Of a stretch of DNA of 64,000 nt, positions 25,201 through 38,266 are shown in pieces. Numbering within the stretch: position 1 is the stretch's first letter; every line of letters starts with the position of its first letter. A model generated the notes under the pieces. That model was not told the origin of the DNA and made no database searches. It was given only the letters and a program-made list of their open reading frames with translations. The position numbers and the translations under genes are program-made. The DNA is from Octopus sinensis (lineage: Eukaryota), in contig NC_043004.1 in the NCBI RefSeq assembly GCF_006345805.1, forward strand, positions 46,438,001 to 46,502,000, written 5' to 3'.

Positions 25201-26090
25201 TGAGTTCAAATTCCGCCGAGGTCGACTATGCCTTTCATCCTTTCGTGGTCGATTAAATAAGAACCAGTTACGCACTGGGATCGATATAATCGGCTTAATC
25301 CGTTTGTCTGTCCTTGTTTGTCCCCTCTGTGTTTAGCCCCTTGTGAGTAGTAAAGAAATAGGTATTTCGTCTGCCGCTACGTTCTGAGTTCAAATTCCGC
25401 TGAGGTCGACTTTGCCTTTCATCCTTTCGGGGTCGATTAAATAGGTACCAGTTACGCACTGGTGTCGATATAATCGGCTCAATCTGTTTGTCTGTCCGTG
25501 TCTGTCCCCTCTGTGTTTAGCCCCTTGTGGGTAGTAAAGAAATAGGTATTTCGTCTGCCGCTACGTTCTGAGTTCAAATTCCGCCAAGGTCGACTATGCC
25601 TTTCTTCCTTCGGGGTCGATTAAATAAGAACCAGTTACGCACTGGGATCGATATAATCGGCTTAATCCGTTTGTCTGTCCGTGTTTGTCCCCTCTGTGTT
25701 TAGCCCCTTGTGGGTAGTAAAGAAATAGGTATTTCGTCTGCCGCTACGTTCTGAGTTCAAATTCCGCCATGGTCGACTATGCCTTTCTTCCTTCGGGATC
25801 GATTGAATAAGAACCAGTTACGCACTGGGGTCGATATAATCGGCTTAATCCGTTTGTCTGTCCTTGTTTGTCCTCTCTGTGTTAAGCCCCTTGTGTGTAG
25901 TAAAGAAATATGTATTTATCTTAACAGTCTCCTGCTGAGTATTTCTCTGTACAAGATGAAGATACTCAAATTCAATATATTGTATTTCTCGTTACGTACC
26001 CTCAATGCAGGTACGGTGGGTAACTACTTTTCTTATTCTTTTTATAAACCTCAGGCAAACTAATGAAGTATCTAAGTAATATCAGTTTCG
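22300..26090 (-). pseudogene. Possible decayed NACHT-LRR (NLR-like) gene, interrupted by the SINE array
   Basis: Order on minus strand: GYNRCIGIMMCMKYTDC (degenerate Walker A-K-xDW, ~25067-25017), LLLELNE, KLLIMDGQFE (Walker B-like, 24920-24891), YIEVYAF, KNPL, WTHKS, then LRR-like LQDLKIDAC, IPNLTMLIKL, LPSEILALCQ. Motif spacing is shorter than typical NACHT. Confidence 0.3.
25133..25912 (+). mobile_element. SINE family B tandem array: one head plus 4 x ~184-bp units
   Basis: Units begin tcgtctgccgctacg at 25183, 25367, 25551 and 25734; flanked by TATTTATC at 25125-25132 and 25913-25920 (possible TSD). Confidence 0.92.
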
Positions 26091-26096
26091 GAGACT

Positions 26097-26335
26097 CTTT
26101 TACTTGTTTCAGTCGTGTGACTACAGCCATGCTGGAGTACCGCCTTGAGTCGAGGAAATCGATCCCAGGACTTATTCTTTGTAAGCTTAGTACTTATTCT
26201 ATCGGTCTCTTTCGCCGAACCGCTAAGTTACGGGGGCGTAAACACACCAGCAACGGTTGTCAAGCGATGTTGAGGGGACAAACACAGACACACAAACACA
26301 CATACGCACACACACACACACACGCACACACACAT

Positions 26336-26378
<43 letters not shown>

Positions 26379-26516
26379 CACATACATACGACGGGCTTCT
26401 TTCAGTTTCCGTCTACCTAATCCACTCACAAGGATTTAATTGACCCGAGGCTATAGTAGAAGACCCTTGCCCAAGGTGCCACGCAGTGGGACTGAACCGG
26501 GAACCATGTGGTTGGT
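26097..26516 (-). mobile_element. SINE family A, 5'-truncated
   Basis: Reverse complement of the 9213-9615 family, with internal CA/TA microsatellite. Confidence 0.88.
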
Positions 26517-26929
26517 ATGTTTTATAATTAGTTTGATGAAATATGCCTGTGTGTGTTTGTGTGTGCCCATATTCGTGTGCGCACGTGTGAGTTTATATGA
26601 GGATGTCTATAGCTGCCTGTGTCTGTGTGCATATATATATATATAAACGCAGGTATGTGAGTATATATAAGTAAATAAATGGAGTTGAACGAAGATTTTA
26701 TTAAAATTCTTTTACTTTTGACATACGTTTCGAAGACAACATTGGTTGTATTCCAAAGGAATAAACGCTGTAAAATGCAATCTTCTCATCAGGAAAGAAA
26801 GAGAGCCTATCTCAACAACAACAAATTATAACAATTACCATTTTAAATGTTAACAGTAAACAAAGGATAAAGAGCCACTCCCAATTCCTTCTTCCTTGAC
26901 CTTAAACAATACGAAGCACTACAACACGC

Positions 26930-27447
<518 letters not shown>

Positions 27448-27871
27448 ATTTATATATATATATTTATATATATATATATGTGTGTGCATATGTATGTATA
27501 CATCTGTATATGTGTGTGCGCATGTGTTTATACAGAGGTGTATGTTTGTGCATTAATATATGTGCGTATATATGCGCATATTACTTCAGTTCCTCTTTAA
27601 CTGTCTCTGTCTGTCAGTCTCTCTCTCGCTTTCTGTACTACTAGATGTGGTTTTTATACTTGCTCCCAACTATACATACGAAAACTGATTATTAAGTATA
27701 TATAAGCGCTTCATCCAAATGCAAAATTTGTGTTATTTGACTCTCTGTCTAGAGAGTTTCTCATAGATTTCTTCCACATTTATCCTACATGTACAATTTT
27801 CTATCATTAGCGAACGAATAAAACATGTGTATTGGTGAATAAATACTATAAACTTTTTCCACAATCTTCTG

Positions 27872-27924
<53 letters not shown>

Positions 27925-27928
<4 letters not shown>

Positions 27929-28425
27929 TATTTGTGAAAAAGAAGTTTGAAAACACAACTATATTAGATAAATTTTAATTTTCTTATGAATTTTACATGT
28001 TTCGGTTCTTGAAAATACGAACCTTATCAAAAATATTATAAAAAGTGTAATGGAGAAGAAAAGTGCAATGGAGAAGTTCTTAATCGTTTCTAACTGGTCT
28101 CAATAGAATCCATGTCCTTGAAAAAACGAACCTTATCAAAAATATTATACAAAGTGAAAATTGAAAGGTTCATATTCGTTTCTTACTGTTAATCGCTATA
28201 TTCCTATTGAGTGTATTGAAGAAATCCATTATTGGTATTCTTCAATATACTCAACAGGAATATAGCGATTAACAGTAAGAAACGATTATGAACTTTTCAA
28301 TTTTCACTTTGTATAATATTTTTGATAAGGTTCGTTTTCCAAGAACCGAAACATGTAAAATTCATAAGAAAATAAAAATTTATCTAATATAGTGGCCTTT
28401 TCAAACTTGTTTTCTTACAAATATA
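27925..28425. repeat. Compound inverted repeat (inner ~100-bp arms, 14-nt spacer; outer extension), flanked by (TA)n
   Basis: 28126-28225 vs 28240-28340 are reverse complements; 28340-28425 is the reverse complement of 27925-28020; the left side carries a partial duplication. Confidence 0.88.
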
Positions 28426-28455
28426 TACCCACTCATATACGATCTACTCTTATTT

Positions 28456-28576
<121 letters not shown>

Positions 28577-28654
28577 CACACACATGTGCTTGTATGTATG
28601 AATATATGTGTGTATTTGAACGGCTATTACAAGATTACAAGTAGACAGCAGCAG

Positions 28655-29720
28655 ATGATAATTCATTTAATCTCCTTATTTCTAATCCTGTTGCTGTGCA
28701 GTCAAGTTCATTCTTTTATATATTCTATATAAGGTGAACATCAGACTTGCTTCATTGTAACATGTAGATAAATGCGTGGATACTTGCTATTTCGATGAGA
28801 TTTTCAGTGACTAGATTCCATATTTATTACTAAGTTCTTATATTTTCAGCTAACTAGAATGATTAAGGACGAAATTTATTGTTTGATTTGTTTGCCAATA
28901 ATGAAGCGTATCATATCGGAGATTGAAAGTTAAGTAATATGCTCGAATGGTAAACAAATATTTCTTTTAAACATGTATAAATTGTTCCTTAATACGGACA
29001 TTTTTGTGGGATAGCATTTTTTTCTAAATAGAAATCCATAGCTTCGGAACAGGAAACCTTAATTTGACAGAAACTTAGAATTTACATTTGGAGTAACTCA
29101 TGTATTTGCATACATGGTGTGATCAATAAGTATCCGGACTGTTGCCATAGTAACGAAGCAAAAGTACACAAAGTAAAGTTACTTAGCACAAATTGACCTT
29201 GAACTCTGCTGTGCATGTGCACTAAGTTTTATCGTTCTAGCTCATATCCACTGTTTACAGCAGTGCTTGGAAGGAAGGTGTGTAGTGTGTGATCGTCGCA
29301 TTCAGCATAAGCATAATATGCCGGCCAATGTTGTTTAGAGCAAACAACAATAAGCATGTACCATCATAGATTTCAGCAGTCTCGATTTGAAGAACACTTT
29401 GAAAATCAAAATGGAGGACAACTGCTTCGAAACCTCAGGCATCTATATCAAAATTATATTTATAACAATGATAATTGGTGCACTTGATTCTGTAAATAAA
29501 TGCCTAAATGACAGTCTGGATGAGCTTGGATTTTCAGAAAAAGAAATCGATCAACCATATCGCACGTTACAAGTACAAATTGTAAGTGGAACAGTTAATA
29601 CATATAAGACTTTAAAATGCGACAATATTTTCATTAACTACATTTCAACGTTGGAGCTTGGTATCTTTGCTGAAAGGAAGAATTGAAATAATAAAAGCAG
29701 ACGAGAACATGCATACATAC
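28655..29720 (+). pseudogene. Decayed LRR-protein N-terminus (signal peptide + LRRs), possible third TLR
   Basis: ATG 28655 gives MIIHLISLFLILLLCSQVHS (signal-peptide-like); ORF 29387-29686 contains LDELGFSEKEI and TLKCDNIFINYISTLELGIFA (LxxLxLxxNxIxxLxxGxF-like). Confidence 0.4.
29111..29303 (+). mobile_element. Tc1/mariner-like left-end fragment
   Basis: TA followed by CATGGTGTGATCAATAAGTATCCGGACT resembles mariner TIRs (xxAGGGGTGATCAAAAAGT); no right end or transposase seen. Confidence 0.45.
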
Positions 29721-29751
29721 ATTCCTATTTACATATATATATATATATATA

Positions 29752-30112
29752 GGCGCAAGCGAGGCTGTGTGGTAAGAAGCTTGCTACTCAACAAACTAGT
29801 TCCGGGTTCAGTCCTACTGCGTAGTAGGGACTTCTACTATAGTCTCGGACCGACCAAACCGCGTGAGTGGATTTGGTAGACTGGAACTGAAAGAAGCCCG
29901 TCTAGTATGCATATATGTATGTATATATATATATATAGAGAGAGAGATGGAGAGAGAGAGAAAGAGAGAGAGAGTGAGAGTGAGAGAGAGAGAAAGAGAG
30001 AGAGAGTGAGAGTGAGAGAGAGAGAAAGAGAGAGAGAGTGAGGAGAGATAGTAAAGTTAATCGTGAACAGCTATCTTCTTCCAGGAGACAACAGTAACTG
30101 AAAGAAGACTAT

Positions 30113-30194
<82 letters not shown>

Positions 30195-30410
30195 GTTGGT
30201 GTGTCTGTGTTTCTGCCCCCTACATCACTTGACAACCGATGCTGGTGTGTTTACATCCCTGTAACTTAGCGGTTCAGCAAAAGCACCCAAAGTTTAAGTA
30301 CTAGGCTTACAAAGAATAAGTCCTGAGGTCAGTTTGCTCGACTAAAAGAGGTGCTCCAGCATGGCTGCAGTCAAATGACTGAAAGATGTAAAAGAAAAAG
30401 AATAAAATAA
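29752..30410 (+). mobile_element. SINE family A with expanded internal (GA)n/(TA)n/(TG)n microsatellite
   Basis: Head ggcgcaagcgaggctgtgtggtaag and tail gactgaaagatgtaaaagaaaaag match the family. Confidence 0.85.
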
Positions 30411-30498
30411 TCTGCCTATCTTTCTATCTCTCTATGTAATTGCACGTTCGTCTGTTTATCTGCCTATATACATTCATATATATATATATATTATATGT

Positions 30499-30772
30499 GG
30501 AGGCGCAATGGCCCAGTGGTTAGGGCGGCGGACTCCCGGTTTCGATTCCCAGACCAGGCGTTGTGAGTGTTTATTGAGCGAAAACGCCTAAAGCTCTACG
30601 AGGCTCCGGCGGTACTCTTTCGCTGCAACTTTCTCTCACTCTTTCCTCTATTGGCCTGCTCGCTTAGCCAGTGGGGTGGTGTCATTTGAAGGCTAAAACA
30701 ATGCGAAGCGCATTGTGACAGGCGATGTGTAGCAACATCTGATGACCTGGTCAGTCATGGTGATCACGCTGA
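30499..30772 (+). mobile_element. tRNA-derived SINE family C (tRNA-Arg-like head), tail type 1
   Basis: A box TGGCCCAGTGG, B box GGTTTCGATTCC; head and core shared with 33383 and 61554 copies. Confidence 0.88.
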
Positions 30773-31105
30773 TATATATATATACATATTTCTTTTTGCA
30801 TCTGTCTACATTTCTATCAAGATATCTTACAAAAACTTTTTCCCTTATGACGTTTTAGACCTAAGCCTACGGCTATGCTGGAGCACACCGGTATACCTCG
30901 TAACCCTAGGCCGCAAACTTTGGGCTGAAACGTATAAAAAATATATAGAGAGAGATAGATCGAATCATATGTATATATATATGTGGACAGATACAGAGAC
31001 AAACGCACACCTGCTCTAACACACGCGCGTACACAGACATACACACAAAAACACTATATGTACATGTATACACACACACCACACACACAACACAACACAT
31101 ATTAT

Positions 31106-31158
<53 letters not shown>

Positions 31159-31777
31159 CTGAAAATCTATGACGATTTCTAAATACAGTTTTTGAAGTAT
31201 AAACGTGATTCTTTTTTATTACATAAAAATAATTTTATATAGAATATCATGTATATATATATATATAATAATATATATATATATATACATCAACACATAC
31301 ATACACAAAACCACACACACACACACATATATCTATATATATGCAATTATATATATATATATACACAACACACACACACATATTTGATTGTATGTGTGTA
31401 AGACTTTAGGCTCCCATATACTCAAAAGACAGGCCATTTCTCTTCTTTAAACTGGTTTGAATTATTAGAAATTGCAGACAGGTGTTCATCAACTGTAATT
31501 ATATGAATAACGTTTAGAATTTCTTGTGGGTTAAGTGGACCAGGCAGACTAAATCTTGTGTGTATCACAATTCGTTGAAACGTCTTATAATTGTACGTTT
31601 TCCATATTTAACTCCAATTCAACCGTCTTGCGCAATAGGAAATTCAACTACATCTGTATTCAGAGCTACATATATATACATACACACATACATACATACA
31701 TACATTCATGCATGCATACATACATATATATATATATATATACATACATACATATATATATATATATACATACATAA

Positions 31778-31823
<46 letters not shown>

Positions 31824-32692
31824 AATACACGATGTAACGTATTCCGAGCCAGCTGTCTGCGAGAGCGCTAGTTATCTAATTCGGATAGAGCTAAATATAT
31901 GTTTCTATGTAGGCATGTGTCTATCTATCTGTCTATTTATTTATGAGTGTATATGTGCATATATATATATATGTCTGTGTATGTATACATATACACACAC
32001 ACACTCACACACACATATATATATATGCAGAGAGAGGTAAATGAGGAGAGAAATAGAGACTGACAACGATAGTGAAATGCATACATACATACACACATAC
32101 TGATTTTGACCACTGAAAACTGTTTGCTCTAAAGTCAATATGCTATTTTCTATTATATCTGCCGCATAGACATTAGCGGGAGGGTCATAACAGAGATCAA
32201 TGTCCTAACCGAATAAAAAGATTGGTTAATATAGTCTACATGATATTGGATATGTATTCAAGCTTAAGAGCTATCGACCTTTTCCGTATAACAAGTAAGC
32301 AACACCACTGAATTTCTGATGTCAAATATTAATGTAGAATCAATATATCGTTAGTTTTTAAGCTCCGAGGATCCGGGAGGACCAGTACAAATTTGGTGGG
32401 AAGTTAAACGTTTCATTTGCCTAAAGAGATATTACAATATGGCGTCTCATGTATCGATAATAACAAATTATGTGAATATATAGAAAAATATAGATTAAGA
32501 GCGAAATCCACACATGCGTACGAACATAAATATTCACACATAAACACACACATGTACATACGCGTATATGCATAAATATTCGCACATACCCATACACATT
32601 GATATATATATATATATGTGTGTGTGTGAATATGTATATGTGTATTTATGTATATATGTGTGTGTATGTATGTACATGTATGTCTGTGTGTG

Positions 32693-32735
<43 letters not shown>

Positions 32736-33382
32736 GTTTGCATGTATGTATAGGTATGTATGTATAAATGTATGCATGTTTATCGACATCCGTTGAGCTT
32801 ACACCCTGCTCATGTCTATTTGCTTAATACGTATGTAATATACGTCAATATTATAATTGAGAAAGAGGGAGGGAGGGAGGGAGGAAGAAAGAGAGGGCGA
32901 GAGAGAGAGGGAGAAATTATAAAAAGAGAAAGATACAGAAAGAAGAATGAGAGTGTTTAAATGCGGATTTCGATCGGGATGCGAATCCAAGACAGGAATA
33001 TAAATGTCCATTAGTTCGAAGCGGAGATAAAATTATATCTTAGTCCAAGTACACATGTCTAGTGTGATTTAAACAAGAATCTACATAAATGATTGAATAA
33101 ATATTCAAGGTGTCAGACGAAAATTATACTGATAAATGTTCTGCAGTATAAAATGATACGTTTAAATGTAAAGAAAATTGAGAGGACACCTTGTTTCATA
33201 TATTTTAAGTAAATTTAATAATTTGGTCTTGGGCAATCTAGAAAGAAAGACCACTCTGAAAACTAGCGTTAGTCATGGGACGGAGGTCTGTATGTTTTCT
33301 GTTGTGTTCTTGTCGAGCAGAAATAGATAAAATGAGAACAGATACAGGGAAATTTATGCTCAGACTCAGTGTACATCAATGT

Positions 33383-33689
33383 GTTGAGTCACATGGCCTA
33401 GTGGTTAGAGCAGCGGACTCGCGGTCAAGTGACCGCGGGTCCGAATCTCAGACCGGGCGATGTGTGTGTTTATGAGCGAAACACCGAAGCTCCATGCAGC
33501 TCCGGCAGAAGGTAAGGGCAAACTTCTGCTGACTCTTTCACCACAACTTTCTCTCACTCTTTCCTCCTGCATCTTGCAGCTCACCTGCGATGGTCCGGCG
33601 TCCCGTCCAGGTGGGGAAACCTATATGTCAAGAAACCGGAAAACCGGCCCTTATGAGCCGGGCATGGCTCGAGAAGGAACAAACAAACA
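33383..33689 (+). mobile_element. SINE family C, tail type 2, with 11-bp TSD
   Basis: A box TGGCCTAGTGG; TSD TACATCAATGT at 33372-33382 and 33690-33700; (ACAA)n tail. Confidence 0.9.
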
Positions 33690-34097
33690 TACATCAATGT
33701 AAATTTTGAAGAAATGAAAGGCTTTTATAAAACTCTCAGAATAGACGAGAATAAGAAGCTTACATGCAGCCTCAGTGTTCACATATAGGCATATATGTGT
33801 ATGTGTGTATGTGTAGTTGTGGTGTGTGTGCGAGTGTGTGGGTGCATGTGTATATTTATATGAGATCATGGGTTTCTGCTGTTTTCCAGTACATAAAAAT
33901 TATTGTTACTGAACTTTGGTCTACATAGAGTTCTGTAGTTGAAGGTATTCTTGCCATGGTAATAATCCCATATTTCATCTATGCACTTTTAATGGATAAG
34001 CATAATGCAATGTTTTTTTGCGATATAAGTTATTGATATTGGTAGTTGATTGTTTAATATTATTGAGGTACACTCGTTGGCTTTGATAAAGCACCAT

Positions 34098-34320
34098 TTG
34101 ATCGTGGCCGTTGCCAGCCTCGCCTGGCACCGGTATCGGTGGCACGTAAAAAGCACCCACTACACTCATTGAGTAGTTGGCGTTAGGAAGGGCATCCAGC
34201 TGTAGAAACACTGCCAGAACAGACTGGGCCTGGTGCAGCCTCCTGGCTTCCCAGACCCCAGTTGAACCGTCCAACCCATGCTAGCATGGAAAGCGGACGT
34301 TAAACGATGATGATGATCAT
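34098..34320 (+). mobile_element. Retroposon 3' fragment (Meta-domain-like core + RTE-type tail)
   Basis: ttggcgttaggaagggcatccagctgtagaaac core and ...ggaaagcggacgttaaacgatgatgatg terminus. Confidence 0.7.
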
Positions 34321-35574
34321 CATGACACACACACACACACATATATAGTTCTTCGTTTACTGATTGACAGTTGGAACATTATATCCCTAAATATTTGAAA
34401 CATTTTAATACGATGCCACTGTGCTCGTGGTTTAGACAAACGGATAGGAATTATGTTAAGCAAGCATCGACTGTACAGACTTATTAATTATATTGATGTA
34501 TATTAATTAGCCGATGGAGTTATGGCATTCAGATAGATATTGGTAGGAAATGGATTGATTCTTGGGGAAAATAAATTTCTGTCGGCAATTATCTGTTAGT
34601 CAAGGATGAGATATAGGACACTGTATACAACTGAAGTAGATAATTCAGTTTTAATAATTGCTTCTATGATGAAAAATTTGCGTTGTTTTATAGATTTTAT
34701 CTTAAAGCAAAAATGGATTATACACGTTTACTTCCTGTAGCAACACTCACCGATATAAAAAAAATGGAGCAAGAACGCAACAGGTGACAAGAAAACATCC
34801 TGACCAATAGACGGTATGAAAACGGATAGGAAAAACAAAAGAAAGACCGACAGAAAATATCAAGCACGTGTCATTCGCGGCCTTCCCTCGTCAGTCAAGT
34901 TACCAAGTTATCCTTACACTTTTGGGCAATTACCTTTGTTATACATGAAAATCTATAACAGTTGTATATATAGGGATAGGGTAACTGAGTGGTCGTGGAA
35001 TAAAAATCTGTCCAGTTTGATTGTGCAACCAATACGCTGTACACATATATGCCAAATTTTCAGTGCAGCCCTCATATATTTGTTATGCAGCAAAATAAGA
35101 GCATTTAAGATTGTATGAAGTGACGTAGTGAGGTTTCAATGAAAATATACGGCTAAATGCAATGGTTAAACGATAATTTCGCCTGTTTAACTCTTCTGAA
35201 TGACGTTTTTAAAATTTTAGTCAATATACTTGCAAAATGTTGCGCCTGTTATTGCTTATTGTTTTGCTAGCTGATAGAACTGAGCAATTATGTGTTGATT
35301 TACGGCTGAATCGTCGATGCTGCAAACGGCATCCCTGTTTGCCCTGATTTTACCTAAACGAAGTGAAACGAGGCGGTGGTTCATACTGCAACTTAGATAT
35401 ACAATGGCTTAGATTGGGGAATCTTTGGTCATATATGTCTGCTCACACAGCACTAAATTTTTATCTAAACAGCAATAAAGGAAGCAACAAGAAAAACCAT
35501 CATATTATGTGCTTGTTTCTGGATATTTTTCCTGGCTACATATACGTACAAACTTCGTACAACAATATCTATCA

Positions 35575-35735
35575 GATGTTCTGTCTGTACGTTCTGAGTT
35601 CAAATTCTACTGAGGTCTACTTTGCCTGTCACCCTTTTGGGGTCGATAAATTAAGTACCGGTTACGTACTGGAGTTGATTTAATCTATAGGCACCTTACC
35701 CAGAAATTTCGGTCCATGTGCCTAGAGTAAAAAAG
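35575..35735 (+). mobile_element. Degenerate SINE family B
   Basis: gtacgttctgagttcaaattct.ctgaggtc.actttgcct..cac.cttt.ggggtcgataaattaagtacc. Confidence 0.8.
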
Positions 35736-36589
35736 AATATCTATTGGATGTTTGCCTTAGATATCAGAGGTAACAAAAGAAACAGCAAGATAATTTATAT
35801 CCGATTCTTGGCCAAAATTTTATTTGTAGCTATACACACCCCATCCCTTTAATACTAATCGAATTAAGGCATACATGTCCATTGATTGTGTTTAGGTGCG
35901 GAGCAGACATTATTCTTTATCTCAACAGCATATCCACAGGCGCTAATACGTCCTGTACCTCATGCGTGCATCATGCGATGAATTGTAGAGACGTCGTAAG
36001 CGAAATATCATTGATACCGTAAATAATTATAGTTCAAGGAAATCTTGAAACGCGACAGGCCATAATTTAGCGGTTGTCCAGAGAACTTTTGTTGCAGATA
36101 CCGTCTCATGGAAAGTGATTCCATAATAATTAGATCAAACGACCATTCTTCACAAACGTGTTTGAACATAAATGTGTCTCCCGGTAATAGTATGAACTAA
36201 TTCTGCGTTTGGGGGGCCGTCACTAAGCCCCTGCAACCCCTCCGGTCGCCGAGGGCATCCGCGGTTGAGGGGCTTCATGTTACGGCAAGCTACATAAATG
36301 AGCCAGCTATTTACTTTGGTTAAGATGTTAACTGCAAGTTTCAAGTCAGACGAGGAAAAATACGACGGTGTACCATAAACAGATTTAAAAGAAACGAAAA
36401 AATAAATGAAAAAAAAAGCTTTCCAAACAATTCCCTAGGAAGATAAAAGAAAAAAGAAAGAAATCCGTAAGCATGAAAATAAGAACGACTTCCAGAGAAA
36501 AGACAAGAAAAAGAACCAATGGTGATGAAAGGTGGGGGTTGTATATTTATACATACATAAAAACATACACACACAGGTATACGTACACA

Positions 36590-36730
36590 CTTTGCCTTTC
36601 ATCCTTTCGGGGTCGATTAAATAAGTACCAGTTATTCAGTGGGGTCGGTAAAATAGACTTAATCTGTTTGTCTGTCCTTGTTTGTCCTCTCTGTGTTTAG
36701 CCCCTTGTGGGTAGTAAAGAAATAGGTATA
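36590..36730 (+). mobile_element. SINE family B 3' part
   Basis: ctttgcctttcatcctttcggggtcg...ccccttgtgggtagtaaagaaataggtat. Confidence 0.85.
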
Positions 36731-36990
36731 CGTACACATCCATACATGCATACACAAACATATACGTCTAGATTTTATCTGTTTCGGTCTACCAAGTTCA
36801 TTCACAAGGCTTTGGCCAGCTCAGAGAGAGAGAGAAGGATAGAGGGAGAGAGAGAGAGAGAGAAGGATAGAGGGAGAGAGAGAGAGAGAATCGTATACCT
36901 AATACACACACGTCTCTTAGTCACTGTCTCTCGCTCTTTCTCTATTCATTTCTATCTCTCTCCGAATATATATATACATACACACACACT

Positions 36991-37029
<39 letters not shown>

Positions 37030-37500
37030 TTAATCTAAACAAGAAAACACAACAAAACACAAAAACGCGAGGACGTGGAACAAATATAGTATTATTGGAG
37101 GCTCAGGACAGAAGGGAAGAAGGAGGGTTTAACGTTTCGAGCGGAGCTCTTCGTCGGAAACATAGGAGAAGGAAAGATCCAGAGAAGGGAAGACAGAGGA
37201 AAAAAATCGCCATCGGTACACACGGGCGCACATTTTGAAAGACCGGAAGGAGAAAGGGTGAAGAAAGATGTTTTCAAAGACAGAAGAGATTTCAAAGAGA
37301 GAAGAGTAGTAAGGTCAAAGACAGCGGAATGTAGGAGGGGGAATGTGTGTGTAAGTGTGGATGTGTGCGTGCGCGGTGGTCCGCGTGTGCGTGTGTGTGT
37401 GTATGTGTGCAATGATGACACGTGTGTGTGTGTGTGCGTGTGTGTGTATGTGTGTGTGGTTGTAGCTGTAAACAACAGGCTAGTAGCTGGCTAGTTTGTA
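37030..37500 (-). mobile_element. Penelope-like 3' terminal derivative with hammerhead-like motif
   Basis: Reverse complement of the 26930-27350 family; motif GTTT-CCGACGA-A-GAGC-TCC-GCTC-GAAA-CGTT-AAAC at 37161-37127. Confidence 0.72.
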
Positions 37501-38117
37501 AGAATAAGGAGTGGTGTTTTTGTCTCTGCCACAGGTCAGTCATTGAAGTATTTGTGTGTGTGCGTGTATGTATATGTGCCGTGTTTGTGTTTTGTTTGTA
37601 GTGTGTGTGTGTGTGTGTCTGTGTGTGTGTGTTCGTGTGTGTATGCGTAGAGTTTGGGTGTGTGGCGAATAACTGTGCTTTACTTAGTGTATGTGTGCGT
37701 GTGTGCTTGTACGTGCGTATGTGTACATATATATGTATGTATAATTGCGTGCGTGTATGTATAATAAGGTGCCGTGTGTATGGGATGTATGCGTGGGTTC
37801 ATTTGTGTGTGTATGTATGTGCGTGCGTGTCGTATGTGCGTGTAGTTGTGTGTGCGTTTGTATGTGTGCGTGTATAAGCGTATATGGATGTATATGCCTG
37901 TATCCGTGGGCTTGTGAGTTTTGGGTGTGTGCATTGGCGTGCGTATGTGTGCGCATGTTTTTGTGTGCGTATGTGTGTGTGTGTGCCTATATGTGCATAC
38001 GTATGTGTATGTGTGTGTGCGCGTTTAGGCATATATTGTGTGTATTTATATGCATCGGTGTGTATGTGAATTTGTGTATGCGTGTGTGTGTGGGGGGGAG
38101 TTGTGTGGGCGTAATGT

Positions 38118-38266
38118 GCGTGCGTGTGCTTGCGTGCGTGTGCTTGCGTGCGTGTGCTTGCGTGCGTGTGCTTGCGTGCGTGTGCTTGCGTGCGTGTGCT
38201 TGCGTGCGTGTGCTTGCGTGCGTGTGCTTGCGTGCGTGTGCTTGCGTGCGTGTGCTTGCGTGCGTG
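38118..38266. repeat. 14-bp minisatellite (GCGTGCGTGTGCTT)n, ~10 copies
   Basis: Seen directly. Confidence 0.95.

Noticed and set aside
25133-25912. Regular array resembling a CRISPR locus
   Set aside because: Units are ~184-bp SINE bodies with no unique spacers; eukaryotic context; no cas genes.
33383-33460. tRNA gene (A/B boxes, Arg-like anticodon region)
   Set aside because: No complete cloverleaf; continues into a SINE core and tail and is flanked by a TSD. The same applies to the heads at 9213, 10921, 30499 and 61554.
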